A DNA stretch of 64,000 nt from Candidatus Poseidoniales archaeon (GTDB taxonomy: Archaea; Thermoplasmatota; Poseidoniia; Poseidoniales; Poseidoniaceae), in assembly GCA_038144595.1 (NCBI GenBank), contig JAYQOB010000003.1, positions 1,949 through 65,948 of the forward strand, in the 5' to 3' direction. The translations under genes were made by a program, and so were the position numbers. Position 1 is the stretch's first letter. Each line of letters opens with the position of its first letter. Positions 9,334-17,568 of the stretch are shown in pieces. The notes beneath the pieces were generated by a model, which was not told where the DNA came from, searched no databases, and worked only from the letters and a program-made list of their open reading frames with translations.

Positions 9334-10311
9334 TCAAGCAGCGATACCGGCGGCCTTGGCCTGCTTCTTGAGCATGCGCCCGAACACCGGCGGTACATGT
9401 GCCAGCCAGAACATCACGTAGTAGCCGTAGGGCAACTGCGGCGATTCGTCGTGAACATCCAAGCGCTCGTAGCGGGTGCTCGATTTGAGGTGGTGCGAGG
9501 GATGAAGCGGGAGCTCCATGAGCGTCCAACGAGAAAGGCGGTGGCGGCTCTCCCAGGCGTGGGTGGCGTTGGGACGCTCGTCGTCGTGGCGTCGAAGACA
9601 GTGGTGCTGGAGGTAGTTGACGAACTCGAGCAGGTAGACGGCGGCGATGGCCTGCACCACGAAACCAGCGGCCAGCGGGAGGGCGATGGCCGCCAGTCCG
9701 GCAATGAAGACACCCTCGAGGAGGAAGACCCGCTTGGTGTCCTCTGGGCGTGCAGCCAACGCCCCACGCACTTGTTTGGGCACCGTCATGAGCACGTGAA
9801 CGTAGACGCTTCGGCCCCACGGTGAAGAGGTGGGGTCGCGGTCGCGAGCCCAGTGCCGATGGTGCGTGTGGTTGTGCTCGGTGGTGAAGTGAGCGTAGAT
9901 GACCGAAAAGAGCGTCAGGCGAGCCAGCCACCACGAAGCTGATTTCGGTTTGCGATGGCCCAGTTCGTGTGCTGCGACGATGCCCGATGCACCGTTGTTC
10001 AGGCCGGCTGAAATCATTCCGAGGAAACTCATGACGGTGATTCCGTCAAAGGACAGCCGCCAGAACAAGGTGGCAACGACCACCAGCACGCCGATGGCGT
10101 GGAGGTGAACGATCACGTTGTGGGCCTTTCCTTCCTGTAGCGGATGGGTGTTTGACGAGGTCCCAAGGGCCAGGTCAATGAACGGGTAAACGACGAGCAG
10201 CAGCACGATGCCGCTGGCCATCCACCACCCACCGGCGACCAAACCAGCCACCGTGATCGCAGGCGTGAGCAAGCCCCACAGGTGCGGCACCCACGACCAG
10301 CGTTCGCTCAT
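9334..10311 (-). CDS. AlkB-like integral-membrane di-iron hydroxylase (alkane 1-monooxygenase / fatty-acid desaturase superfamily)
   Basis: All histidine boxes occur in AlkB order: HELGH (AAHELGHRK), EHNHTHH, NYLQHH and LHPSHH, separated by hydrophobic helices. 325 aa. Confidence 0.75.
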   Translation of the reverse strand: MSERWSWVPHLWGLLTPAITVAGLVAGGWWMASGIVLLLVVYPFIDLALGTSSNTHPLQEGKAHNVIVHLHAIGVLVVVATLFWRLSFDGITVMSFLGMISAGLNNGASGIVAAHELGHRKPKSASWWLARLTLFSVIYAHFTTEHNHTHHRHWARDRDPTSSPWGRSVYVHVLMTVPKQVRGALAARPEDTKRVFLLEGVFIAGLAAIALPLAAGFVVQAIAAVYLLEFVNYLQHHCLRRHDDERPNATHAWESRHRLSRWTLMELPLHPSHHLKSSTRYERLDVHDESPQLPYGYYVMFWLAHVPPVFGRMLKKQAKAAGIAA

Positions 10312-10351
10312 CGAGTGTACGTCACACGCATGTGACTTGTAAAGGATGGCT

Positions 10352-10471
10352 TCAGTTCATGCCAAGCAGACGACGGAGACGGTCCGACAGGCTGCGACGG
10401 GCGAAGATCCCGTTGCGGGTGACCTGGGCGTTCATCGTTTCATCCACGTAGCGTTCCAAATATGCATCCAT
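10352..10471 (-). CDS. small ORF A (39 aa), paralog of small ORF B; not in the ORF track
   Basis: Reverse strand: AAGGAGG, 7 nt, then ATG at 10471. Translation MDAYLERYVDETMNAQVTRNGIFARRSLSDRLRRLLGMN*. Shares MD..LE.Y...........RNG.F.R.SL.DR with ORF B. Lies directly upstream of, and co-oriented with, the AlkB-like gene. Confidence 0.4.
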   Translation of the reverse strand: MDAYLERYVDETMNAQVTRNGIFARRSLSDRLRRLLGMN

Positions 10472-10636
10472 TCAAATCGTCCTCCTTGATTGAAGCGCAC
10501 CTCGTCGGTCAACACCGGCGCGATAGAAGGCCACCGCCGTCATCCAGCGGTCCCAAAGGCTTCGACCGAACACCCCGTTGCGGTAGGTGAACGACTCAAC
10601 AGCTTGCTCGGTGTAGGTCTCCAATTCGTGGTCCAT
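10472..10636 (-). CDS. small ORF B (54 aa; 56 aa if started at 10642), paralog of small ORF A; not in the ORF track
   Basis: Reverse strand: AGGAG, then ATGCAC, then ATG at 10636. Translation MDHELETYTEQAVESFTYRNGVFGRSLWDRWMTAVAFYRAGVDRRGALQSRRTI*. Its stop TGA abuts the ATG of ORF A (TGAATG). The tracked plus-strand ORF 10490..10672 is its antisense. Confidence 0.4.
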   Translation of the reverse strand: MDHELETYTEQAVESFTYRNGVFGRSLWDRWMTAVAFYRAGVDRRGALQSRRTI

Positions 10637-10686
10637 GTGCATCTCCTGAAAGGTTTGCTTCTTTCATTGTGAATGTGGTGCCGGAC

Positions 10687-10760
10687 CTATATCAATCACC
10701 GGTAAAATTGCCAACACAAGGATGTTAAAAATAAATCAAGTGTTTTAAAAAACACCGATG
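10687..10760. promoter_or_regulatory. AT-rich divergent promoter region with TATA-like elements and a perfect AT-rich palindrome
   Basis: The only strongly AT-rich stretch in this part of the window (ctatatcaat...ggtaaaatt...gttaaaaataaatcaagtgttttaaaaaacac). It lies between the minus-strand small-ORF/AlkB-like unit and plus-strand taw1. Palindrome GTGTTTT-AA-AAAACAC at 10740..10755. Confidence 0.4.
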
Positions 10761-10945
10761 CCCGCCCTCAACCGGCCGCCTGCTGACTCACCACGGACAC
10801 CCAGCGGTGCAAACCAACCCTTGCTGACCGAACACCGATTGGCCAAGCGAGTCTTTCATAGCATCGGGAAGTCGCCGCCATATCATCCGAGCCACCCCCA
10901 ACCGGCACAGGCCAACCGAGGAACGTGGCTCCAGGAGTGAGCCGC

Positions 10946-11957
10946 ATGGCAGGAATGGACCCGCAGCTGATAGCCAAACTGCAGAAGCAACGCTACCACA
11001 TTGTGGGTGAACACGGCGGCGTGAAAACGTGCCACTGGACCAAGGAATCGCTGCTTCGCGACCGCCAGTGCTACAAAGGCAAGTTCTACGGCGTCGCCAG
11101 CCACAACTGCATACAAATGTCGCCTGTGGTCGACCAGTGCAACCTGGCGTGCACCTACTGCTGGCGAGAACCGCACATGGACACGCTGGAACTGACCGAC
11201 CAAGACCCGCTCGACCTGCTCTACGAATCGGTGCGCGCCCAGCGCCGTCTGCTCTCGGGCTTCGGGGGCAACCCCAAGGTGCCTCGCGAGAAGTGGCTGG
11301 ACGCTCAGAACCCGAAGCACGTGGCGATCTCCCTCAACGGCGAGCCCACGCTTTACACCCGACTGGGCGAATACATGGACCTGTGCCACAAGCACGGGAT
11401 GACCACGATGCTGGTGACCAACGGCACGCTGCCCAAGGTGCTCGAGAAAGTTGGACACCCTGCCCACCCAACTCTATGTCTCGGTGGACGCCCCCAACAA
11501 GCAGGTGTTCGACGAGGTCTGCCGGCCCAAGTGGAACAGCGGTGCCTGGGAGCAGTTTGAGAAAACCATCGACCTCTTGCCCTCCCTCGACACCCGCATC
11601 GTCTGCCGACACACGCTGATGAAAGGGGTCAACATGAGCGACGCCCACATCAAAGAATTCGCTGCACTGGACAACCGTGCCGACCCCGATTTCATCGAAA
11701 ACAAGGGCTACGTGTTCGTGGGCCACAGCCGAGAAAACTTGGCCATGGAAAACATGCCCACCCACGACGACATCATGGCGTTCTCCCGAAAGATTGCGCC
11801 CCTCACGAACCGAGACGTGCTCTCCGATTCCCGACCCAGCCGAGTGGCGCTCGTCGGCACAGAAATCACGCCCATACCCATCCCGGAACCGACGATGTTC
11901 TTCCCCGAGGACCTCGGGATTGCACCGCCGGTCAAGCACCTGCCCGTCATCTCCTGA
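10946..11957 (+). pseudogene. taw1: tRNA 4-demethylwyosine synthase Taw1/TYW1 (radical SAM), interrupted by an apparent frameshift near 11445-11455
   Basis: KTCHWTKESLLRDRQCYKGKFYGVASHNCIQMSPVVDQCNLACTYCWREPH (Taw1-type auxiliary-cluster Cys plus CxxxCxxC radical-SAM motif) in ORF 10925..11560. Continuation DTLPTQLYVSVDAPNKQVFDEVCRPK...RHTLMKGVNM...FIENKGYVFVGHSRENL is in ORF 11451..11957. Start could be ATG 10925, 10946 or 10955. Confidence 0.8.
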
Positions 11958-12014
11958 GATGGCCATGGACCTCCGACACAATCCAAAATAAACCGCCGCT
12001 TCCCAGGCGGTGAC

Positions 12015-12446
12015 ATGATCACCTTGGAAGAGGCACTCATTGCAGCAGGTGGTGGCGTTCTCATCGGGACCGCAGCGACCGTGCTGTTGGGATACAACGG
12101 GCGAACGGCAGGCATCAGCGGCATCTTGGGCGGGCTCGTCCCACCACAACAGGGCGACGCCAACTGGCGTGTCAGTTTCCTCGTCGGCATGGTCCTCGCT
12201 GGGCTGGCCTTGGCCCCCACCCTACCCAACGCCTTCACCACCCTCGAGCGCCCCGTCTGGACCATCGTGCTCGCCGGTCTGCTGGTCGGCGTGGGAACAC
12301 GACTTGGGAACGGTTGCACGAGCGGGCACGGGGTCTGCGGCATGGCACGGCTTTCCAAGCGATCCTTTGCCGCCGTGGGTGCGTTCATGGTGACGGGCGT
12401 GCTGACGGCGACCATCGTCGGTCAACTTCTGGGAGGGGTGGTATGA
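12015..12446 (+). CDS. YeeE/YedE-family sulfur-compound transport membrane protein (half-size)
   Basis: 143 aa, polytopic, with the family hallmark GNGCTSGHGVCG loop. Confidence 0.75.
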   Translation: MITLEEALIAAGGGVLIGTAATVLLGYNGRTAGISGILGGLVPPQQGDANWRVSFLVGMVLAGLALAPTLPNAFTTLERPVWTIVLAGLLVGVGTRLGNGCTSGHGVCGMARLSKRSFAAVGAFMVTGVLTATIVGQLLGGVV

Positions 12447-12871
12447 GCGACAACCGCATCCTCGCCGTTTCCTTCCTGAGCGGCCTGCTGTTCGGCGCCG
12501 GCCTCGTGATCTCAGGCATGACCGACCCCACGAAAGTCATCGGTTTCCTCGATGTTCTCAACGGTTGGGACCCAACCCTCGCCTTTGTCCTCGCAGGCGC
12601 CACGGGCAGCCACATGGCCGCCCGGCCGTTTCTCAAGCGAAAGGTTCCCGAACGCGTGGCTGCTGCCGTGGAAGACAAAGTCGACATCGACCAGCAACTC
12701 CTCGTGGGCGCAGCCGTGTTTGGCATCGGGTGGGGCCTTGGCGGCTACTGCCCTGGACCGGCCGTGGCGGCGGTCATTCCGGCGCTGGGCTCGACCCTGA
12801 TTTTTGTCGTCTCCATGGTGGTCGGCATGCTCGGGTTCCGCTGGCTTCAGGGGCGAGGGCTCGCAGATTGA
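12443..12871 (+). CDS. YeeE/YedE-family membrane protein, second half-size subunit
   Basis: ATG at 12443 overlaps the upstream stop (ATGA). MSDNRILAVSFLSGLLFGAGLVISGMTDPTKVIGFLD...GIGWGLGGYCPGPA, typical of the paired YedE/DUF6691 partner. Confidence 0.7.
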   Translation: MSDNRILAVSFLSGLLFGAGLVISGMTDPTKVIGFLDVLNGWDPTLAFVLAGATGSHMAARPFLKRKVPERVAAAVEDKVDIDQQLLVGAAVFGIGWGLGGYCPGPAVAAVIPALGSTLIFVVSMVVGMLGFRWLQGRGLAD

Positions 12872-12907
12872 GCGGTTGGTTGGCCATCCCACCCACGCTT
12901 TCAAATC

Positions 12908-13243
12908 ATGGACGCAGAAGCCTCGGTCATGCTCAACTGGCTCAAATCCCTGTTCTCCTCCGGCCCCGACCTTGGCGAACTGCTCGCTGAGGGTGCCCTC
13001 GTGGTGGATGTGCGAAGCCTGGGCGAATACCAAAGGGGGCACGTCAAGGGCTCCATGCACGTTCCGCTGCCGCAACTGAGCAAGAAGATCAACGCTGTCA
13101 AGAAGCAAAAGAAGACCGTCATTACGGTCTGTGCCAGCGGTATGCGCAGCGGCAAAGCAGCGAAGGTGTTGCGTTCACACGGCGTTGACGCCCACAACGG
13201 TGGACCCTGGCAGTCGGTCCAACGAAGGCAAAACGGCGAGTGA
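12908..13243 (+). CDS. single-domain rhodanese-like sulfurtransferase
   Basis: VVDVRSLGEYQRGHVKGSMHVPL...VITVCASGMRSGKAAKVLRSHG; active-site loop CASGMRS (C-x4-R/S type). Confidence 0.8.
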   Translation: MDAEASVMLNWLKSLFSSGPDLGELLAEGALVVDVRSLGEYQRGHVKGSMHVPLPQLSKKINAVKKQKKTVITVCASGMRSGKAAKVLRSHGVDAHNGGPWQSVQRRQNGE

Positions 13244-13256
13244 GAGTTGGTCGAAC

Positions 13257-13856
13257 CTAGGGAAAGTATACCGCTTCAGCGCCCTCAACCCACTGCTTCT
13301 CTTTCTTCATGCAGCGTTTGAATTCGTCCGAATCGAGGTGCTCGGCCAGCCAAGCGTGAACGTTGGCCCACGGCTGAACGTCAAACCAGTCCCGGTCGTG
13401 GTTGGCGAACTGCCGCACGAACGGAAAGAGGGCGTCGTTGAGTTGCGGCGCAAAGGTCGGGCTCTCGGACAAGCGTGCATCGAGGTCGCTCAGGTAAGCG
13501 GAAGCCAGCGTGCGATGCTCCTCTTCGTTGACGTCCTCATAGCGATTCGGGTACTTGTAGCGGTCCAGATGGAACTTAAATTCCTCATCGTTGCGTTCCA
13601 CCCAGTGCGATTCCTCCTCGTCGAGGTCCCAATCCAGCACGTGCTGCATGATCTCAAGGCTCTCCTCAATGACCGTACCGTCGGGCAGCAAAAGCACAGG
13701 CACCGTGCCCTTGGGTGAAATTTCCATCATGTGGTCGGGTCGGTCTCGCAGGACGACTTCCCGAAGTTCGACCTCGTAGTGTTCCCGGACGATGGACATC
13801 CGCGCCCGCATGGCGTAGGGGCAGCGGCGAAAGGAGTAGAGAACGGGCAGCGACAC
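13257..13856 (-). CDS. glutathione S-transferase-family protein (thioredoxin-like N domain)
   Basis: LPVLYSFRRCPYAMRARMSI...GTVPVLLLPDGTVIEESLEIMQHV, then a helical C domain. GTG at 13856 (preceded by GGAAGG) avoids the overlap with gmd that the tracked TTG start at 13910 creates. Confidence 0.65.
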   Translation of the reverse strand: MSLPVLYSFRRCPYAMRARMSIVREHYEVELREVVLRDRPDHMMEISPKGTVPVLLLPDGTVIEESLEIMQHVLDWDLDEEESHWVERNDEEFKFHLDRYKYPNRYEDVNEEEHRTLASAYLSDLDARLSESPTFAPQLNDALFPFVRQFANHDRDWFDVQPWANVHAWLAEHLDSDEFKRCMKKEKQWVEGAEAVYFP

Positions 13857-13872
13857 GGCGACCCTTCCTGCA

Positions 13873-14937
13873 TCACTCGGGCGGTGTGGGCGGAGCGTAG
13901 CCGCCGTCAACGGCTTCCTGCACGGTCGCCATGTCGGCGTCGACCATCATCTGAACGAGTTCCTCAAACGAGGTTTTGGGCACCCAACCAAGTTCCTTCT
14001 CGGCCAGCGCCGGGTCGCCGATGAGCAAGTCCACTTCGGCAGGACGGAAGAACTTGGGATTGGTTCGCACACGCACGACGCCGTTCTGGTCGGTGGCGAT
14101 GGTATCAACATCCTCTCCCGACCACGTCAAGTCCATGCCGACGTGGGAGAAGGCGAGCGAAATCATGTCGCGCACGCTGTGCGTGCGACCGGTCGCCACG
14201 ACGTAGTCGCCGGGCGTGTCCTGCTGGAGCATGCGCCATTGCATCTCGACGTAATCGCCGGCGAAGCCCCAGTCTCGCTTGGCGTCGACGTTGCCGATCC
14301 ACAAACACTCGTCAAAGCCGTGGGCGATGCGAGCAGCGGTCATGGTCACCTTTCGGGTGACGAATTCAAGGCCGCGGCGAGGGCTTTCGTGGTTGAAGAG
14401 AATGCCCGTGCAGGCGAACATGTCGTAGGATTCACGGTAGTTCCGGGTGATTTCGAAGGCGAAGACCTTGGCGCAACCGTAGGGTGAGCGGGGGTGGAAG
14501 GGCGTCAATTCGGTTTGAGGGACGTCGCGCACCTTGCCGTACTGCTCGGAGGAACCGGCCTGATAGAAACGGCACTGAGGAGCATGCTTCCGAATGGCTT
14601 CGAGGCAGCGCAGAGCACCAAGACCGGTGATGTCGGCGGTCATCATGGGCGAGCGCCACGATTCGGGGACGAAGGACATGGCACCGAGGTTGTAGAATTC
14701 ATCGGGTTGGGTCTGGTTGACGGCGTTGTCGATGGAGTTCTGGTCGGCCAAGTCGCCGTTGAGGAGGTGGAACTTCTCGTTGCTCATCAGATGGTTGATG
14801 AGGCTGCGGCCGGAGGTGGGCTGAGAGACACGGCGCACCAGGCCGTAGACGTTGTAGCCCTTCTCGAGAAGGAGTTCTGCGAGGTAGGAGCCGTCCTGTC
14901 CAGTAACACCGGTAATCATGGCCGTCTTGCCGCTCAT
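13873..14937 (-). CDS. gmd: GDP-mannose 4,6-dehydratase
   Basis: ATG at 14937 inside ORF 13873..15216. MSGKTAMITGVTGQDGSYLAELLLEKGYNVYGLVRR...FYQAGSSEQYG...RSPYGCAKVFAFEITRNYRESYDMFACTGILFNHESPRRG. This is the SDR GxxGxxG, the YxxxK and the Gmd-specific NHESPRRG motif. Confidence 0.92.
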   Translation of the reverse strand: MSGKTAMITGVTGQDGSYLAELLLEKGYNVYGLVRRVSQPTSGRSLINHLMSNEKFHLLNGDLADQNSIDNAVNQTQPDEFYNLGAMSFVPESWRSPMMTADITGLGALRCLEAIRKHAPQCRFYQAGSSEQYGKVRDVPQTELTPFHPRSPYGCAKVFAFEITRNYRESYDMFACTGILFNHESPRRGLEFVTRKVTMTAARIAHGFDECLWIGNVDAKRDWGFAGDYVEMQWRMLQQDTPGDYVVATGRTHSVRDMISLAFSHVGMDLTWSGEDVDTIATDQNGVVRVRTNPKFFRPAEVDLLIGDPALAEKELGWVPKTSFEELVQMMVDADMATVQEAVDGGYAPPTPPE

Positions 14938-15054
14938 GCTCTCCCGTAGATGCCTCCCTTTTTCAAACGGTCGCGTGCCCCGTGAATTGGAAAAGTGCTC
15001 CTCAGCCAACATCGGAGGGTGGATTTGAAAGGGGAGAGGCAAGGGTTCCCACCG

Positions 15055-16341
15055 ATGGCTCACGACGAGGGTGAAGCGACCAAGCGCCCTCGTGTGCTCG
15101 TCGTCCGTGGCTCCTTTGCCGCCTTGGGCGGGGCCGAACGGGAACTGCTCCAACTGCTGCGAGCCGTCGACCAGCGATGGGACGTGAGTCTGGCCACCCT
15201 TGACTTCCCCAACCATGCCAGGGAACTGCTGGCCGATGCCGACGTTCGCTTGTTATCCCCGGCCCAACCCCTTGCATGGCCCACCGGTGCGGTGGCTGAG
15301 ATCACCGCCGCCGCCAGCAAAGCTGCTCAAACAGCATGGGCCGATGTGATCATCCCGTGGGATGAGATTGACGCCGTTCACCTCTCGGTGTGCAAAGGGA
15401 CGCTTGAGATCCTCCCCCATGTTCCCCCGCGCATCCCGGTGCACTACCACTGCCTTGAGCCTCCCCGTTGGCTCTACGAAGACGTGCTCCACCGACGCCT
15501 TGACGGGCGACCCAAGCGACCCCTGTGGTTGACCCGCCTGTTGTTCACGAGCCAGCGCCGCCGGGACCAACGCCTGGTCAAGCAACTGCTCCAGCGCCCC
15601 AACGCCGCCATCTCCGGCAACTCGATGTGGATTCAGCGCCGCCTGAAGGCGGTCTACGGCGTCGCCTCCGACCCCACCAAAGAAAACGGCGAGCCCCCTC
15701 AACGCGACGAGGCTGGACGCCCGCTTGAAGCGACGCACGTGATGCACGTCATCGACCTCGAAGCTTGGCCCGTTGACGCTGGCCCCGCCGAAGCCAGCGA
15801 CCTCAAGGGCGCACCCGCACCTCCCGAACCCTACGTCATGACGGTGGGTCGCATCTCCCACGTCAAGGGCACCTGGGAAACCCTGCGCTCGTTGGCCGGT
15901 ACCGGCTACGGACTGGTCCATGTCGGCGGCGGTGATACGACGGACAAAGCCGCCCTTGAGGCCGAAGCCAAACGACTTGACGTGCCCCTCGTGTGCATGC
16001 CCCGCCTCTCGCAAGCCGCCCTGGTCGGTTTGGTTCGAGGTGCCGCCGCCATGGTCAGCCACGCCCATCACGAACCCTTCGGCCTCACGCCCATCGAAGC
16101 CATGGCGGTGGGAACGCCAGCGCTCATGGTGGACGAAGGCGGGTTTCAGTGCACCATGTCGGGCGTGGAGTGCGGCTTGTTGCTTCGTCGAGACCAGCCC
16201 GAAGCGTGGCGAGAAGCCTATGCAATCCTCAAGAACCCTGAACAGCATCAAGCCTGGGCGACCGTCGGTCGACCGTACGTGGAAGCGAACTTTACGCTGC
16301 CCGTTCAAATCGCTGCCCTCGAACGCATGATGGGGCTTTGA
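15055..16341 (+). CDS. glycosyltransferase, GT-B fold, family 4-like
   Basis: ATG at 15055 in ORF 14995..16341. N-terminal RVLVVRGSFAALGGAERELLQLL and C-terminal E-x7-E motif (HEPFGLTPIEAMAVGTPAL). Divergent from gmd. Confidence 0.75.
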   Translation: MAHDEGEATKRPRVLVVRGSFAALGGAERELLQLLRAVDQRWDVSLATLDFPNHARELLADADVRLLSPAQPLAWPTGAVAEITAAASKAAQTAWADVIIPWDEIDAVHLSVCKGTLEILPHVPPRIPVHYHCLEPPRWLYEDVLHRRLDGRPKRPLWLTRLLFTSQRRRDQRLVKQLLQRPNAAISGNSMWIQRRLKAVYGVASDPTKENGEPPQRDEAGRPLEATHVMHVIDLEAWPVDAGPAEASDLKGAPAPPEPYVMTVGRISHVKGTWETLRSLAGTGYGLVHVGGGDTTDKAALEAEAKRLDVPLVCMPRLSQAALVGLVRGAAAMVSHAHHEPFGLTPIEAMAVGTPALMVDEGGFQCTMSGVECGLLLRRDQPEAWREAYAILKNPEQHQAWATVGRPYVEANFTLPVQIAALERMMGL

Positions 16342-16358
16342 GTCTCCTTTTTGGATAC

Positions 16359-16364
16359 TTTATA
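16359..16364 (+). promoter_or_regulatory. TATA-box-like element for the E1-like/JAMM operon (leaderless-type spacing)
   Basis: TTTATA in the 46-nt spacer, centred about 27 nt upstream of the ATG at 16388 (ggatacTTTATAgccactgacgagccatctcttgtATG). A comparable ATTTTTAT lies about 29 nt before the HADH-ECH ATG at 19869. Confidence 0.45.
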
Positions 16365-16387
16365 GCCACTGACGAGCCATCTCTTGT

Positions 16388-17023
16388 ATGAACGAGGAGC
16401 AATCGCCACGAAACCTGCTGCTGGTCGGTGCTGGAGGCATCGGCACCCAACTGGCCGAACTGTTGGTGGCCGCCCTTCGCAGGGTCAATCTGCAGGGCAC
16501 CATCACGCTCATGGACGCCGACATCGTTGAGGCGTCCAATCTGGGCCACCAACGCTACACAACCGAAGACATCGGTCACGCCAAGGTGAGCGCCCTGGCC
16601 GCCCGACTCGACGATGCGGACTCGGACCTCCGCGTCAAGGCCGTGGAAGAAAACCTCCGCTCGGCCGACCAGTTCGACGGCCACGACCTCGTCGTCGTGT
16701 GCGTTGACCGCCCGGAGCCTCGCCGCCTCGTCCATGGCCTCGATGTTCCTTGGCTTGATGTTCGCTGCAGCGGGGACGGGTGGATGGTGCTGTCCTCCGC
16801 GTCCGACCCCGCGCTCCTCGAGCGCATGACGCCCGACCACGAACCGGCCAGCTGTCAGGTGGCCGGGGCCCTTGAGGCGGGCAACTTGGAGTTCGGTTTT
16901 GCCGTGGCCGCCGCCTACGGCGCGCAATGGGCGCTCCAGCAATGGCGCGGGCACCACGCCCCCGTGCAGTCAATGGGCAGCCTGACCTACGGTTCGCTGG
17001 CTTTCCCGGAGGTGAGCGCATGA
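16388..17023 (+). CDS. minimal E1-like adenylyltransferase (ThiF/MoeB/HesA superfamily)
   Basis: 211 aa. LLLVGAGGIGTQLAELL (GxGGxG), LMDADIVEASNLGHQ (DxDxVxxSNLxxQ), DIGHAKVSALAARL and DLVVVCVD follow the ThiF/MoeB adenylation-domain order. Only three Cys (VVCVD, RCSG, ASCQV) and no CxxC pairs. No rhodanese or E2 domain. Confidence 0.8.
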   Translation: MNEEQSPRNLLLVGAGGIGTQLAELLVAALRRVNLQGTITLMDADIVEASNLGHQRYTTEDIGHAKVSALAARLDDADSDLRVKAVEENLRSADQFDGHDLVVVCVDRPEPRRLVHGLDVPWLDVRCSGDGWMVLSSASDPALLERMTPDHEPASCQVAGALEAGNLEFGFAVAAAYGAQWALQQWRGHHAPVQSMGSLTYGSLAFPEVSA

Positions 17024-17568
17024 TCGGCCTTCCCGATGCAGCCGACCTCCCCTTGGACGACGAGACCTGGGAACAGGCTTGCCTTGCCGCTGAGGAACGC
17101 TGGGTGGAGGACGAGCATCTCCTCAACGCACAGCGCATCCTCGCCCAGGCAGGTCGATGGGACGGCGTCTACGTGCTTTCGGTCATCGCCGGTCTCGAGA
17201 CCTCGGTGCTCATTGACGCCGACGACAAGGTGTTCATCGACTGGGGGACCGCCGGCCAAGTGACCCTTCAACCACCGGTCGGTGGTCGTTTGCCGTTCAA
17301 GCTCTGGGTTCACACCCATCCTCGGTTTGCCGCCTACTGGAGCGGGACCGACGTCAACAGCCTCAGCCTCGGCGCTCGTATCCTCGAGTCCGCCATGGTG
17401 CTGGGCCAACCCGGGCCGAAGCACAGCAGCAACCGCTCGCTGGTGGAGGTCAACACGACGGCCACGCTCGCCGAGGACGGCCCGCTCAACCATTGGACGG
17501 ACGAGGAGCCCGTTCCATGGTCGGAGTGGTACACCCTCAACGACATCAACACCGAGGTGGTCGAATGA
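17020..17568 (+). CDS. JAMM/MPN+ (JAB) family metalloprotease
   Basis: ATG at 17020 overlaps the E1-like stop (ATGA 17020-17023). 183 aa. Exact JAMM motif H-x-H-x7-S-x2-D in WVHTHPRFAAYWSGTDVNS (nt 17311-17352). The upstream catalytic Glu could not be placed confidently. Confidence 0.75.
   Translation: MIGLPDAADLPLDDETWEQACLAAEERWVEDEHLLNAQRILAQAGRWDGVYVLSVIAGLETSVLIDADDKVFIDWGTAGQVTLQPPVGGRLPFKLWVHTHPRFAAYWSGTDVNSLSLGARILESAMVLGQPGPKHSSNRSLVEVNTTATLAEDGPLNHWTDEEPVPWSEWYTLNDINTEVVE

Noticed and set aside
10490-10672. Tracked 60-aa plus-strand ORF in the AlkB-like/taw1 intergenic region
   Set aside because: It is the antisense of small ORF B. It has no ribosome-binding site, whereas the minus-strand ORFs have AGGAG/AAGGAGG sites and are paralogous to each other.
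10760-10945. Possible tRNA, small RNA or small gene in the 185-nt GC-rich gap before taw1
   Set aside because: I found no cloverleaf-compatible stems or T-loop consensus by eye, and no convincing ORF. It is probably the taw1 5' region, but this cannot be resolved without tools.
16927-17019. Upstream extension of the JAMM ORF (tracked start at 16927)
   Set aside because: This part overlaps the 3' end of the E1-like gene in another frame. The ATG at 17020, forming an ATGA overlap with the E1-like stop, is the more plausible start.
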